Below, one piece after another: positions 17,603-28,462 of a DNA stretch of 64,000 bases. The notes beneath the pieces are model-generated. The model saw only the letters and a list, made by a program, of their open reading frames with translations. It was not told the DNA's origin and searched no databases. A program made the translations under genes and the position numbers. Position 1 is the first letter of the stretch; each line of letters opens with the position of its first letter. Source of the DNA: an uncultured Holophagales bacterium (GTDB lineage Bacteria > Acidobacteriota > Thermoanaerobaculia > Multivoradales > UBA5704); NCBI GenBank assembly GCA_963842525.1, contig CAWJGT010000001.1, positions 1-64,000 of the forward strand, given 5' to 3'.

Positions 17603-20600
17603 TTACTGGCAGGAGGCGTCGATCTTCACCCAATCCAGCTTGAAGAGCTCGTTGTCGGCGCCGTAGTTGCTGCTGACCCGGAACCGGATCCGGGTGTTGC
17701 TCGCGATGTAGCTCGAGATGTTGTAGCTGCGCGAGCCGGTGTACGTACCGGTGAAGCCGGAGAGCGTCTCCAGCACGGTGTAGGTGGAGCCACCGTTCTT
17801 CGACACTTCGATGACCACCGCATCGTCAGGGTCGACCTCGGTGCGGACGTGGAAGCTGAAGCTCAGCGTCGCGGAGGCGAAGCCCGAGAGGTTCGCCTGG
17901 CGCGCCGCGCTCGGCTGCGTGCCGGTGTCCGGGTTGTCGCGCAGGAACAGGTAGCCGCTGTACGGGCTGCCCACGGTCACATTGCCGCTGCTCACGCCCA
18001 CACCCGCGCTGTCGGACTCCACCCACGCGCCGGCCCAGCTCAACGTGCCGTCGTTGTTCGAGAAGCTCGCGTTGTTGAAGTGATCCTTGAAGTATCCGGC
18101 CGCCGTGCAGGCTGGCGGTGTGCGGTAGCCGAAGTCGACGTCGGTGCGGTTCTGGCCGGCGCTCAGAGTGAAGGTCGCGATGTGCGCCGTGCCGGTGCCG
18201 TCGAGGTCGTAGGTCTGCGTCATCCCGGCCGGCAGGGTGCTCGACACCACCTGCACCTTGTAGGTCCCCGCCGCGAGATTGGTGAAGCTGTAGTTGCCGT
18301 CACCGCTCGTGGTCTGGGTCGCGAGCACGGTGCCGCTCGAATTGAGCAGCTTGACGGTGACTCCGTTGAGCCCCGTCTCGCCGCTGTCCTGCACGCCGTC
18401 GCCGTCGGTGTCCTTCCACACCCGGTTGCCGGCCGAGGCGGTCTCGGGCGTGTGCCCGCCGCAGGTGGTGTCGATGCGCACCCAGTCGACCTTGAAGTAC
18501 TCATCGCTGGCGCCGTAGTTGTTGCTGATCCGGAACCGGATCCTGGTGTTGCTCGCCATGTAGGCCGAGATGTTGTAGCTGCGCGAGCCGGTCTGGTTGC
18601 CGGTGAAGCCGGTCAGGGTCTCCAGCACGGTGTAGGTCGAGCCGCCGTTGTTCGACACCTCGATGACCGCGGCGTCGTCGGGGTCGGTCGCCCGGACGTG
18701 GAAGTCGAAGGACAGCGTCGCGGAGGCGAAGCCGGAGAGGTTAGCCTGGCGCGCCGCGCTCGGCTGCGTGCCGGTGTCCGGGCTGTCGCGCAGGATCAGG
18801 TACCCGCTCACCGGATTCCCCACGGTCACGTTGCCGCTGCTCACTCCCGCCCCGGCGACGTCGGACTCCACCCACGCGCCGGACCAGCTCAGCGTGCCGT
18901 CGTTGTTCGAGAAGCTCGCGGTGTTGAAGTGGTCTTTGAAGTAGCCAGCCGTGCAGGAGACCGGCGGCGTGCGGTAGCCGAAGTCGACATCGGTACGGCT
19001 GGCAGTGAGGTTGACGGTCGCCTGGTGGGCGCTCGCCGTCCCGTCGAGGTCATAGGTCTGCGTCATGCCGGCCGGCAGGGTCGCGGTGTCGATCTTCACT
19101 GTATAGGTCGTCTCAGGCAGGTTGGTGAACGTGTAGTTGCCGTTGCCCGAGGTGACCGTGCTCGCCACCTGGGTGGTGCCGATGAAGAGGCGCACGGTGA
19201 CGCCGTTGATCCCGGTTTCACTGCCGTCCTGGACGCCGTCGGCGTCTGCGTCGTTCCACACCCGGTCGCCGAGGGACCGCGTGCCGCGGTAGCCGAAATC
19301 GACATCGGTGCGGTTCTGGCCGCTGTTGAGGGTGACCGCGGCAGTATGGGGAGTCCCCGTGCCGTCGAGGTCGTAGGTGGGCGCCAGGCCGCCGACCGGC
19401 AAGGTGGAGGCGACGACGCGGACGGTGTAGGAGCCGGCCGCGAGGCTGGCAAAGGTGTAGTTGCCGTTCGAATTGGTGGTCGTCGTGGCGATGACGGTGC
19501 CGCCGCTGTTGAGCAGCTCGACCGTCGTGCCGCCCAATCCGGGCTCGTCGGCATCCTGGGACATGTCACCGTCGGTGTCGTACCAGAGGCGGTCGCCGAT
19601 GGAGCCGGTCTGGGGCGGCGTGCAGGAGGCGTCGATGCGCACCTCGTCGACCTTGAAGAAGTCGTCGTCGCCGCCGTAGTTGTTGGCGATCCGGAACCGG
19701 ATCCGGGTGTTGCTGGCCATGAAGGCCGAGATGTCGTAGGTGCGCGAGCTGATGTACGTGCCGGTCAGGCCGGTCAACGTCTCCAGCACGGTGTAGGAGG
19801 AGCCTCCGTTGTTCGAGACCTCGATGACCACTGCATCGTCGGCCTCGACTCCCCGGATGTGGAAATCGACCGTCATCGTTGCGGAAACGAAGCCGGTCAG
19901 GTTCGCCTGGCGCGCCGCGCTCGGCTGGGTGCCGGTGTCGGGGCTGTCGCGCAGGATCAGGTAGCCGCTGACCGGGGTCCCCACGGTCACGTTGCCGCTG
20001 CCCACCCCCGCCCCGGCGGTGTCGGACTCCACCCACGCGCCGGACCAGCTCAGGCTGCCGTCGTTGTTCGAGAAGCTCGCGGTGGTGAAGCGGTCCTTGA
20101 AGGTCCCCGGCGTGCAAGGTGGCACGCGGTAGCCGAAGTCGATGTCGTCGCGGTTGGCGCCGGCATCGAGGCTGAACGTCGCCGTGTGGGGTGTGCCGGT
20201 GCCGTCGAAGTCGTAGGTCGGCACGAAGCCCGGGGGCACGGTGCTGCTGACGACGCGGACCGTGTAGTTGCCGGCCGTCAGGTTGGTGAAGGAGTAGCTG
20301 CCGTCGCCGGAGGTCGTGGTCGAGGCGATGACGTTGCCGCCGCTGTCGAGCAGCTCGACGGTGACGCCGTTGATCCCCGCCTCGCCGCCCTCCTGGATGC
20401 CGTCGCCGTCGAGGTCGTTCCACACGCGGTCGCCGACCGAAGCGGTGCCGCGGTAGCCGAAGTCCACGTCGTCGCGATCCTCGCCGGCCGCCAGCGGCAC
20501 CGTCGCGCTGTCGGGCGTGCCGGTACCGTCGAGGTCATGGGTCTGCTCGAGTCCGTCCGGAAGGGTGGAGGGCACCACCCGTACTGTGTAGGTGCCGGGG

Positions 20601-22271
20601 AAGAGATGGTCGAAGGAGTAGTCGCCGTCGCCGCTCGTCGTGGTTGAGAAGAGGACGTTGTCGTCGCCGTCGAGGAGCTCGAGGGTGACGTCGTTGATCC
20701 CATCCTCGCCGGAGTCCTGAACCCCATCGCCGTTGCGGTCGAGCCAGACGCGGTCGCCGATCGAGCCGGTGCCGCGGTAGCCGAAATCGTAGGTGAGGAC
20801 GTTGTCGTCGATCACCGTCTCGGTGAGCTGGACGGGCGTCGTCGCGATGGCGCCGTCGAGCGGCCCGCCGGGATCGGAGTTGCTGGCGGCCACCCGCACG
20901 GTGTAGGTGCCGGCCTCCACCGGGAACGAGTACTGGCCGTCCGCATCCGTCGTCGTCGTCGCGATGACGACCCCCGTGCTCCCCACGAGCTCCACCTCGA
21001 CGCCGGCGATCCCGGTCTCGTTGCTCCCCGACTGGATGCCGTTGGCGTCGAAGTCGCGGAAGACGGTGTCGCCGACCAGGAACGGGCGCAGGGGCACGCA
21101 AGGCACGAAATCGTCGGACACGCACAGCGCTTCGGACGGCAGGCGGACGGCGTTCAGGTTGCTCATGTCCGCACCCTGAACTCTCAGCTCGTAGGTCCCG
21201 GCCGGGACGCTCGTCGTCGTAGCGTCCATGACCGAGGCGTTCGAACGGGTCCGTCGAGATCCGGAACTGCTCCCATTCCTGATTGCCGGACGGGTTGGGG
21301 TTGGTGAAGCTCTGGCTGTCGGGGAACAGGAGCTGCTCAAAGATGGAGGGGGGCCGCAAGAACAGCGCCGCGGCCGGGTTGAGGTCGTCTGGGGGGTTGC
21401 CCGTGCTCAGCCCAAGCCCCGTGGCCACCCCCTCCGGGACTGCGTCGCCCGTCGCCCAGGGGGGCAGGAAGGGAGCGTTCGGCGTGTCGGGATCGTCCGT
21501 GTCCCGGACCACGCCGGAGAAGTCGCCGTGATCGAAATCGCCGTCCCAAACGAAGATCTCGGTCCTCGGCTCCAGGATGTTGAAGAAGAAGCGGAACGTG
21601 CCGTCGTAGGTGGTGGGGACGAAGACCGGGAAGAGGGGATAGATGATCCGCGCCTCGTCCAGGTTCGACAGCGAGGCGATGTAGGAGAAGGGCTGATCTG
21701 CCAGCCGGATGCTGACCACCCCGTCGGTGCGCAGCTTGAAGGCGTTGTAGGACGCGACCGAGTTGTCCAGCAGCTCGATCACCAAGCGGTAGAAGTAGTT
21801 GCCGCTCGGTGCCTGGGCGCCGACACTGGTGTTGATCGGGTAGTCGATCCAGGCATTGCTCGGCATGGTCGAGGAGCTGGTCACCGGGACGCCTGGCGAC
21901 ATCTCGACGACGGTCGCCCCGCTGCCGTCCGCCAGCGGATCGGCGTACAGCGTGAAGCTGTACGGGATGCTGGCGCCGAGGTCCCAGTGCCTCCTGCCGG
22001 TGCCGTCAACTTCGCCGCCGTCGCCGTCGAAGACTCCGAGCGCGAACGAAGTCGCCCCGGCGGGAACCGCGAACTGTACCTCCAGGCGCTCCTCGCTCAG
22101 CGTCACCAAGCCGGTCCCGGACGCGATGACCAGGAACCGCCCATCAGTGGAGCTGCAGCTCGGGAAACATTTGAACTGGCCTTCTGCAGATTGTGCCGCG
22201 AAGGTCCACCCCAGCAGCAGGACCGCTGCCAGGACGAACTTCCTCACCTCTCTATACCCGGGACGGATCAT
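17603..22271 (-). CDS. Large secreted protein (~1550 aa) with multiple SdrD-B-like repeats and three Cys-bounded ~165-aa beta-rich repeats (one-base insertion ~21240)
   Basis: Signal peptide; repeated GDRVWxDxDGDGxQD...DFGY; an extra T relative to the paralog joins ORFs 20535-22307 and 17603-21340. Confidence 0.85.
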
Positions 22272-22444
22272 TGGGAAGCCCTCCAAAAGATTCACTGACC
22301 TGGCCATGATTTCCCCCGAGCGTCAGGAGAGCGTCAGGTCGTGGCGGGGAACATCGCGCCAGGGTGCGGCAGAGGGCTCGGGAGGCGGGAGGGGTGGGCC
22401 CGCGCCTCGCGGCGCGGGTCCGTCTGCCTACGGGATGACCCGGC

Positions 22445-24637
22445 TCAGTCGCGGTGCGGAGCGCAGAGCTGGCCGTTGTTGTAGTTGTCGAGCTGCGTGT
22501 GCCAGGGCGAGGCCTGGGCCCACGCGGAGCTCGAGCCGCCGACGTTGCTGCCCGGCGGATGGGCTGCCATCCAGGCATCCGCCGACGCGGCGGTCTGGTA
22601 GATGCAGGATGGATCGTTGCCTGCGATCAGGCTGAGCTTGGTGGCGACGAGCTGCTTGAACAGGTCGATCGACTTGTCGCCGCGGCTCGGAGTGCCCAGG
22701 AGGACGATCGCCTGGTCGCGCGTGTAGACCACGCCGCCGATGGTGATGGTGCTCACCGGCCAGGCCGCGGGGTGGTTCTTCCAGTAGCCGATGGTGGCGG
22801 TGCCCGGAGCCGGCGGGCGGTAGCCGAAGTCGGCGTCCGTCCGGCTCTGGCCGCCGTTGACCGCCGCGGTGGCGATGTGGGCCGTGCCCGAGCCGTCCAG
22901 GTCATAGGTCTGGGCCATGCCGGCCGGCAACGTCGAGGAGACGACCTTGACCTTGTAGGTGCCGGCCAGGAGGTTGGGGAAGGTGTAGTTGCCGTCCCCG
23001 GCCGTCACCGCGGAGGCGATGACGTTGCCGGCGGTGTCGAGGAGCTGCACGGTGACCCCGTTGATCCCCACCTCGCCGGCGTCCTGGACGCCGTCGCCGT
23101 CGTAGTCGAGCCAGACGCGGTCGCCCAGAGAGGCGGTGCCGCGGTAGCCGAAGTCATAGGTCAGGACGTTGTCGTTGACGACCGTCTCGGTGCGCTGGTT
23201 GCCAGTCGTGGAGATGGTGCCCGCGAGCGGCCCGCCGGGGGCGAAGTTGGAGGACGCAGGCTGGATGGTGAAGGTGCCGGCGTCCACCGGGAACGAGTAG
23301 TGGCCGTTGGCGTCCGTGGTCGTCGTCGCGATGACGGTCCCCAGCGATCCCAACAGCTCCATCACCACGCCGGAGATCCCGGTCTCGCCGGCGCCCGACT
23401 GGATGCCGTTGGCGTCCGGGTCGCGGAAGACCGTGTCGCCGACCAGGAACGGGCGCAGGGGCACACAGGGCACGGATTCCTCCGACACGCACAGCGCCTC
23501 GGACGGCAGGCGGAGGGCGTTGAGGTTGCTCATGTCCACGCCCTGGATCCGCAGCTCGTACGTCCCGTCCGGGACGCTCGTCGTCGAGGCGTCCATGACC
23601 GAGGCGTCGAACGGGTCCGTGGAGATCCGGAACTGCTCCCACTCCTGGTTGCCGGACGGGTTGGGGTTGGTGAAGCTCTGGCTGTCCGGGAAGATCAGTT
23701 GCTCGAAGATGGAGGGTGTGCGCAGGAACAGGGCGGCGGCTGGGTTGAGGTCGTCCGGGGGATTGCCCGTGCTCAGCCCGAGCCCCGTGGCCACCCCCTC
23801 CGGGACGGCGTCGACCGTCGCCCAGGGGGGCAGGAAGGGAGCGTTCGGCGTGTCGGTGTCGTCCGTGTCCCGGACCAGGCCGGCGAAGTCGCCGTGGTCG
23901 AAGTCGCCGTCCCAGACGCTGATCTCGGTCATCGGCTCGGCGACGTTGAAGAAGAAACGGAACGTGCCGTCGTAGGTGGTGGGGACGAAGGCCGGGAAGA
24001 GGGGATAGATGATGCGCGCCTCGTCCAGGTTCGACAGCGAGGCGATGTAGGAGAAGGGCTGATCCGCCAGCCGGATGCTGACCACTCCGTTCGTGCGCAG
24101 CTTGAAGGCGTTGTACGACGAGAGCGAATTGTCCAGCAGCACGATCTCCAGGCGGTAGAAGTAGTTGCCGCTCGGCGACTGGGCGTCGACGCTGGTGTTG
24201 ATCGGGTAGTCGGCCCAGGCGTTGCTCGGCATCGTCAGCGAGCTGGTCACCGGGACGCCCGGCGACATGTCGACGATGGTCGTCCCGCTGCCGTCCGCGA
24301 GCGGATCGGCGTACAGCGTGTAGCTGTAGGGAATGTTGGCGCCGAGGTCCCAGTGCCGCTTGCCGGTGCCGTCGAGCCCGCCGCCGTCACCATCGAAAAC
24401 GCCGAGCGTGAACGAGGCCACCCCGGCCGGGACCGCGAACTGCACCTCCAGGCGTTCCTCGCTCAGTGTGACGAGGCCGGTCCCGGAGGCGATGACCAGG
24501 AACCGTCCATCGGTCGAGCTGCAGCTCGGAAAGCACTTGAGCTGACCTTCTGCGGGCTGCGCCGCGAAGGCCCATCCCAGCAGCAGGACCGCTGCCAGGA
24601 CATACCACGTACCCTTTGTTCTCACCGGACAGATCAT
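22445..24637 (-). CDS. Secreted SdrD-B-like repeat protein, paralog of 17603-22271 with a different C-terminal TIGYWKNH domain
   Basis: GGAGGA RBS; N-terminal domain nearly identical to the neighbour; two SdrD-B repeats. Confidence 0.85.
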   Translation of the reverse strand: MICPVRTKGTWYVLAAVLLLGWAFAAQPAEGQLKCFPSCSSTDGRFLVIASGTGLVTLSEERLEVQFAVPAGVASFTLGVFDGDGGGLDGTGKRHWDLGANIPYSYTLYADPLADGSGTTIVDMSPGVPVTSSLTMPSNAWADYPINTSVDAQSPSGNYFYRLEIVLLDNSLSSYNAFKLRTNGVVSIRLADQPFSYIASLSNLDEARIIYPLFPAFVPTTYDGTFRFFFNVAEPMTEISVWDGDFDHGDFAGLVRDTDDTDTPNAPFLPPWATVDAVPEGVATGLGLSTGNPPDDLNPAAALFLRTPSIFEQLIFPDSQSFTNPNPSGNQEWEQFRISTDPFDASVMDASTTSVPDGTYELRIQGVDMSNLNALRLPSEALCVSEESVPCVPLRPFLVGDTVFRDPDANGIQSGAGETGISGVVMELLGSLGTVIATTTTDANGHYSFPVDAGTFTIQPASSNFAPGGPLAGTISTTGNQRTETVVNDNVLTYDFGYRGTASLGDRVWLDYDGDGVQDAGEVGINGVTVQLLDTAGNVIASAVTAGDGNYTFPNLLAGTYKVKVVSSTLPAGMAQTYDLDGSGTAHIATAAVNGGQSRTDADFGYRPPAPGTATIGYWKNHPAAWPVSTITIGGVVYTRDQAIVLLGTPSRGDKSIDLFKQLVATKLSLIAGNDPSCIYQTAASADAWMAAHPPGSNVGGSSSAWAQASPWHTQLDNYNNGQLCAPHRD

Positions 24638-24793
24638 TTTAAGTCCTCCATTGCAAAATAAGAGTACTTCCAGGCAAGCAGAGGGACGTCGCTCCAGACC
24701 AACGCCGGAACCCACCGCGTCCGCCTGCAGATTCACTTCGAATCGATGCAGTGGAGTCTGGGGAGTCTGCGTCAGGAAAACGTCAGGGACGGA

Positions 24794-26035
24794 TCAGGAG
24801 GGCGGCGTTCTCGCGAAAAGGCCACGCTCTTGCAAGGTCTTGAAGAAGCGCGAAAGGTCCGTAGCGAGGGTCTCGTCCGGGACGTGGTAGCGCGCGTGGA
24901 GAAGGCGGAGTGCGGGAGCCAGATCGCCTCCCCGGAGGAGCGCCCACCACATGGCATGGGCCGTCCCGAGCAGGCGGAAGACCTCCCCGGTGTCGAGCCG
25001 ATGGACGATCGTCTCGCCGCGGCGCCAGGCGAACAAGACCGCGGGCGCGGGGCGCCAGGGTCCGGTGCCCCGCGGCTGGACCTGGATGCGGGAGCGCGGC
25101 ACGGCGGCCTGTCCCGCGCCCCGCTTCAGGCAGCGCTCCGGCGGCACCAGCTTCCAGCCAAGCTCCACCTCCGCAGTCTCGGGGTTCCAGACCACGCGGT
25201 CGGGTTCGTTCCAGGGGAAGGCAATGCGCTCGCAATCGCCGAGCCAGTACCGGCCGGGGCCGAGCCGCTGCTGCCAGCGCTCCCGGGCCTCGGCCCAGGC
25301 TCCGGCGAGGCGGTCGGGTCCCTCGTCCCGGAGGTCCTGGCCGGCGATGCAGACCAGCACCCGCGGCTCCCGGGCCTGCAACGCTTCGCGCAGAGCCGGA
25401 TGGGAGTAGAGATGGGCAAAGATCACTCGCGGGGCGATGCAGCGGCCGAGAAAGGCGGCGAACCGGGCGCCACTCAAGGAGCAGTCGTCAACGACGACCA
25501 AGGGCTCTTCGCCGTCCTCTGGAGCCGCGAGCACCCGGTCGGCCGGCACGTCGAGGTGAGCGGCCAGCAGGCCGAGGACGATCAATCCTCCCCGCGGGAT
25601 CGCCGTATAGCGGAAGCCCCGGACCTGCGTGATTCCGTACTGCCGGATGAGCTCGCCGGCAAGCCGCCTGACCGCCGTCTCCACCTCCGGGTATCCCACG
25701 CAGCGAAGACGGCCGGGCGCGCTTTCGAAAGCGCGCGCCTGGTAGAGGAGATGGGCCGGATTCATTCCGGTCTCCCCGGCGATGATCCCGATCACCGGGT
25801 CGGGCGCGGGACGCAAGGCGAAGGTGATCCCGGGGAGGCTGCGCCATGGCTCGCTGCCGGCGAGAGCCCGGGCGAGCGCGATCAGCGCGGAGCGATCGCT
25901 GCGCAACCCGAGGCTGCGACGATAGTGTCGAAGGGAGGGAGTGTCGAACCGGAGGATGCAGACGAAGGAGGGTTCCTCACCGCGCTGATCAGATGGCGGC
26001 TCCCGCTCAAACGGCCTTGGTGGTGAGGAGGTCAT
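24794..26035 (-). CDS. Phosphoribosyltransferase-like domain fused to a C-terminal PqqD/RRE
   Basis: AIPRGG and LVVVDDCSLSG (type I PRTase motifs); C-terminal LDTGEVFRL...MW...LHARYHVPDETLATDLSRFFKTLQERGL. Confidence 0.75.
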   Translation of the reverse strand: MTSSPPRPFEREPPSDQRGEEPSFVCILRFDTPSLRHYRRSLGLRSDRSALIALARALAGSEPWRSLPGITFALRPAPDPVIGIIAGETGMNPAHLLYQARAFESAPGRLRCVGYPEVETAVRRLAGELIRQYGITQVRGFRYTAIPRGGLIVLGLLAAHLDVPADRVLAAPEDGEEPLVVVDDCSLSGARFAAFLGRCIAPRVIFAHLYSHPALREALQAREPRVLVCIAGQDLRDEGPDRLAGAWAEARERWQQRLGPGRYWLGDCERIAFPWNEPDRVVWNPETAEVELGWKLVPPERCLKRGAGQAAVPRSRIQVQPRGTGPWRPAPAVLFAWRRGETIVHRLDTGEVFRLLGTAHAMWWALLRGGDLAPALRLLHARYHVPDETLATDLSRFFKTLQERGLFARTPPS

Positions 26036-26198
26036 AGTCCACGGCAGCCCCGGCGCCGCCGCGCGTGAGCTCCAGGAGCGAGCCCCACTCGATGAGCTGG
26101 GGAGCGCTGTACTTCTTGCGCGGGCGCCGTCCCGGGCCCGGGCCCGGACCAGCGTCCGGCCTGGGCCATGGACCGTGGCTTGCCATATCCTCAGACAT
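26007..26198 (-). CDS. Lasso peptide precursor (63 aa); predicted core GGAGAAVDYDLLTTKAV
   Basis: GAGGAG RBS; leader KKYSAPQLIEWGSLLELTR with YxxPxL and Thr(-2); core G1 with D8 acceptor. Confidence 0.9.
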   Translation of the reverse strand: MSEDMASHGPWPRPDAGPGPGPGRRPRKKYSAPQLIEWGSLLELTRGGAGAAVDYDLLTTKAV

Positions 26199-27957
26199 CT
26201 CTGACTCCTCTCGACACCCCGCTGAAGGATGACACCGGCTCATCCGAAGCCGTTGGATTCGACACCTCTTCCCGCGAGCGCAGCCAGGATTCGGCACAGA
26301 GAAAACCGATCAGTCGATGCGGCGGCGCGAGCCGGTCCGTGCTCGACCAGTACGCCTCCCACTCCGCGCGCAACCCGTCGCCGGACGCCAGGCCGGACTG
26401 GACGACCCGCGAGCCCGCGAGGAGGCCCAGCACCCGGCTCTTCTCGCGGTCGCGCAGCCCGCGGTGCTGGAGCTCCGCGAAATGGGCCAGGCTCGTCCGT
26501 TGCCGCACCTCCTCGGGGAGGATCCCCCGCATCGACTCGCGCAGGATCCACTTGATCCAGCCGTCGCGGAAGCGGACCCGCGCCGGCACGGCGAGGAGGA
26601 AGTCGATCACCCGCCGGTCGAGGAAGGGGAGGCGGACCTCGACCCCGGCATGATCCGCGGCGATCCGCAGGGCCGCGAGCTTCGCCGAGAACGTCCCCTC
26701 GGTCAGATAGCGGAAGCTCTCCTGCGCGGCGAGCGTCGGCAGCGGCGGCATCACCTGGGGCCGGCCCGCGCGGGGTGTTCGGGGGGCGCGGCGGGCGAGC
26801 CGGCGTACCGCCTCCGGCACCGCCGGCCGGACATAGGCGTCCAGCAGGAGCCCCGCGGTTGTCCGCCGGCTGTAGCGCCGGAAGTGGGGAAGCTCGGCGA
26901 GCAGCCGCCGCGCCTCCACGTCGCGCAGCTCGAAGGGCTTGTGGTAAGGCTCCCCGCTCAACACCTGGTCGCCGCCGATTCCGGCGAGCACGATCCGGCA
27001 GCCGTCTTGGCGGGCCTGCCGCAACGGCCGCAGGAGCAGGGCGCGGGTGATGCCGACCTCGGGTTCGGCCTGGGGATAGCCCTCCTCGCCGCCGAGCTCG
27101 CGCAGGCCCCAGCAGTCGTCGCTGGGGATGCAGGTCATCCGCGCCCGCGGGCAGCGGCGGGCGACCGCCTCCGCAAACTCCCGCTCCTCGGCTCCTGGCG
27201 TTTCGGCAAACACGGAGGAGTAGAAATGGAGGTCGATGTCCGATTCCAGGTGATGGGCCGCGCAGGCGATGGCCGAGGAGTCGAGACCGCCGCTCACCAG
27301 GAAACCCACGGGGCCCGGGCCGCGCAGACGGCTGCCGACCGCGGCGAGGAAGATCTCGCGGAAGCGCTCCACGTACTCCTCGTCCCGGCGCAGCGGAGGG
27401 CCCGGCTCGGCGCCGAACGTCCAGTAGCGCGACAGGACGAGCCGCTCGCCCTCCACAACCATCCAGTGGGCCGGTGGCAGCCTCTGGACGCCGTGGTAGG
27501 GCGTCTCCGCGATCCAGCGGTCGAAGCGCCAGGCAAGGAGGTCGCGCAGGAACGGCTCGTTCACCGCGGGAGGAGACTCCAGGGCAGCCAGCACGGCGTC
27601 CAGGGTCGAGGCGGCGGTCAGCCGGCGGCGATCCAGCGCGTAGTAGAACGGACGGACCCCGAGGGGGTCGCGAGCGCAGAAGAGGCGCCGCCGGCGCGCA
27701 TCCCAGAGAGCGAAGGCGAAGTCGCCGATCAGCCGGCGCGGGCAGTCCTCCTCCCAGCGCTCATAGGCGGCGAGGACGATCTCGGCATCGGTGGCCGTGC
27801 GCTCGTCCACCGCACCCCCGAGCTGGGCGCAGAGCTCCGGCCGGTTGTCGAGGCGCAGGTCCGCGGCGATCCACAGGCCGCGGCCGGCAAGCCCGACCGG
27901 CTGGCCGGGCTGGACCGCGGCCCCGTCGCGCGCGAAGACCGCGGCGAATCCGCTCAC
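26191..27957 (-). CDS. Lasso cyclase (asparagine-synthetase-like C protein)
   Basis: GDFAFALWD, ARDPLGVRP, SGGLDSS, GIGGD, RLPFLD; no N-terminal catalytic Cys; overlaps the precursor start. Confidence 0.9.
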   Translation of the reverse strand: MSGFAAVFARDGAAVQPGQPVGLAGRGLWIAADLRLDNRPELCAQLGGAVDERTATDAEIVLAAYERWEEDCPRRLIGDFAFALWDARRRRLFCARDPLGVRPFYYALDRRRLTAASTLDAVLAALESPPAVNEPFLRDLLAWRFDRWIAETPYHGVQRLPPAHWMVVEGERLVLSRYWTFGAEPGPPLRRDEEYVERFREIFLAAVGSRLRGPGPVGFLVSGGLDSSAIACAAHHLESDIDLHFYSSVFAETPGAEEREFAEAVARRCPRARMTCIPSDDCWGLRELGGEEGYPQAEPEVGITRALLLRPLRQARQDGCRIVLAGIGGDQVLSGEPYHKPFELRDVEARRLLAELPHFRRYSRRTTAGLLLDAYVRPAVPEAVRRLARRAPRTPRAGRPQVMPPLPTLAAQESFRYLTEGTFSAKLAALRIAADHAGVEVRLPFLDRRVIDFLLAVPARVRFRDGWIKWILRESMRGILPEEVRQRTSLAHFAELQHRGLRDREKSRVLGLLAGSRVVQSGLASGDGLRAEWEAYWSSTDRLAPPHRLIGFLCAESWLRSREEVSNPTASDEPVSSFSGVSRGVRDV

Positions 27958-28053
27958 TTATTAAATTTCCCCCTGAGGTGTGGTTTCGCCATGGCGTTGG
28001 TCCTGGGTCCTTCTGAGCAGGGTCGAGGCGTTGGATGCCCCGGCGCGCTCCAC

Positions 28054-28338
28054 CTAGGAGCGCTCCGTCCGCGGGGCGCCGCCCTCCGGGGCGGCCTCCT
28101 GCTGCGGTTCCTTTTTATCTCCAAGGTGCTGGCGGACCAGCTCTCCGATCTTGCCGGGATCGTTCAGGTAGTGCTCTTGACCGGTCTGGAGGTTCTTGAT
28201 GCTCCCTCGGAGCGCCTGCTCTCCGGGGGCGGCTTCCGGCTCCACCCAGAAACGCACCAGGAAGGACCCGGACTGATGGTTCCGGGATCTCTTCTTGCCC
28301 CGACCGGTCTCGCCGGTTTTCTCTTCGTTGCTCTCCAT
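28054..28338 (-). CDS. Small hypothetical protein
   Basis: SFLVRFWVE...LRGSIKNLQTGQEHY; divergent from the SARP gene; start uncertain. Confidence 0.55.
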   Translation of the reverse strand: MESNEEKTGETGRGKKRSRNHQSGSFLVRFWVEPEAAPGEQALRGSIKNLQTGQEHYLNDPGKIGELVRQHLGDKKEPQQEAAPEGGAPRTERS

Positions 28339-28462
28339 GACCGCGTTCATCATTATCATCCTATTCGGGACTTTTGATACTTTCAGCATGAAGATGAGGC
28401 GTCAGGGAAGCGTCAGGAAGCGTTCGGGGGAGCCCGGGGACCCGGGATCCGTGGAGGCCGGC

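Noticed and set aside
17591-20647. Long + strand ORF (1018 aa) and similar antisense ORFs (7830-10439, 22454-24661, 31785-33923, 56457-58475, 62018-63625)
   Set aside because: Shadow frames opposite well-supported genes, expected from high-GC codon bias.
17603-24637. Diversity-generating retroelement template/variable repeats
   Set aside because: No reverse transcriptase, and the differences between repeats look mostly synonymous rather than adenine-specific.
26191-27957. Housekeeping asparagine synthetase AsnB
   Set aside because: Lacks the N-terminal Cys nucleophile and overlaps a canonical lasso precursor.
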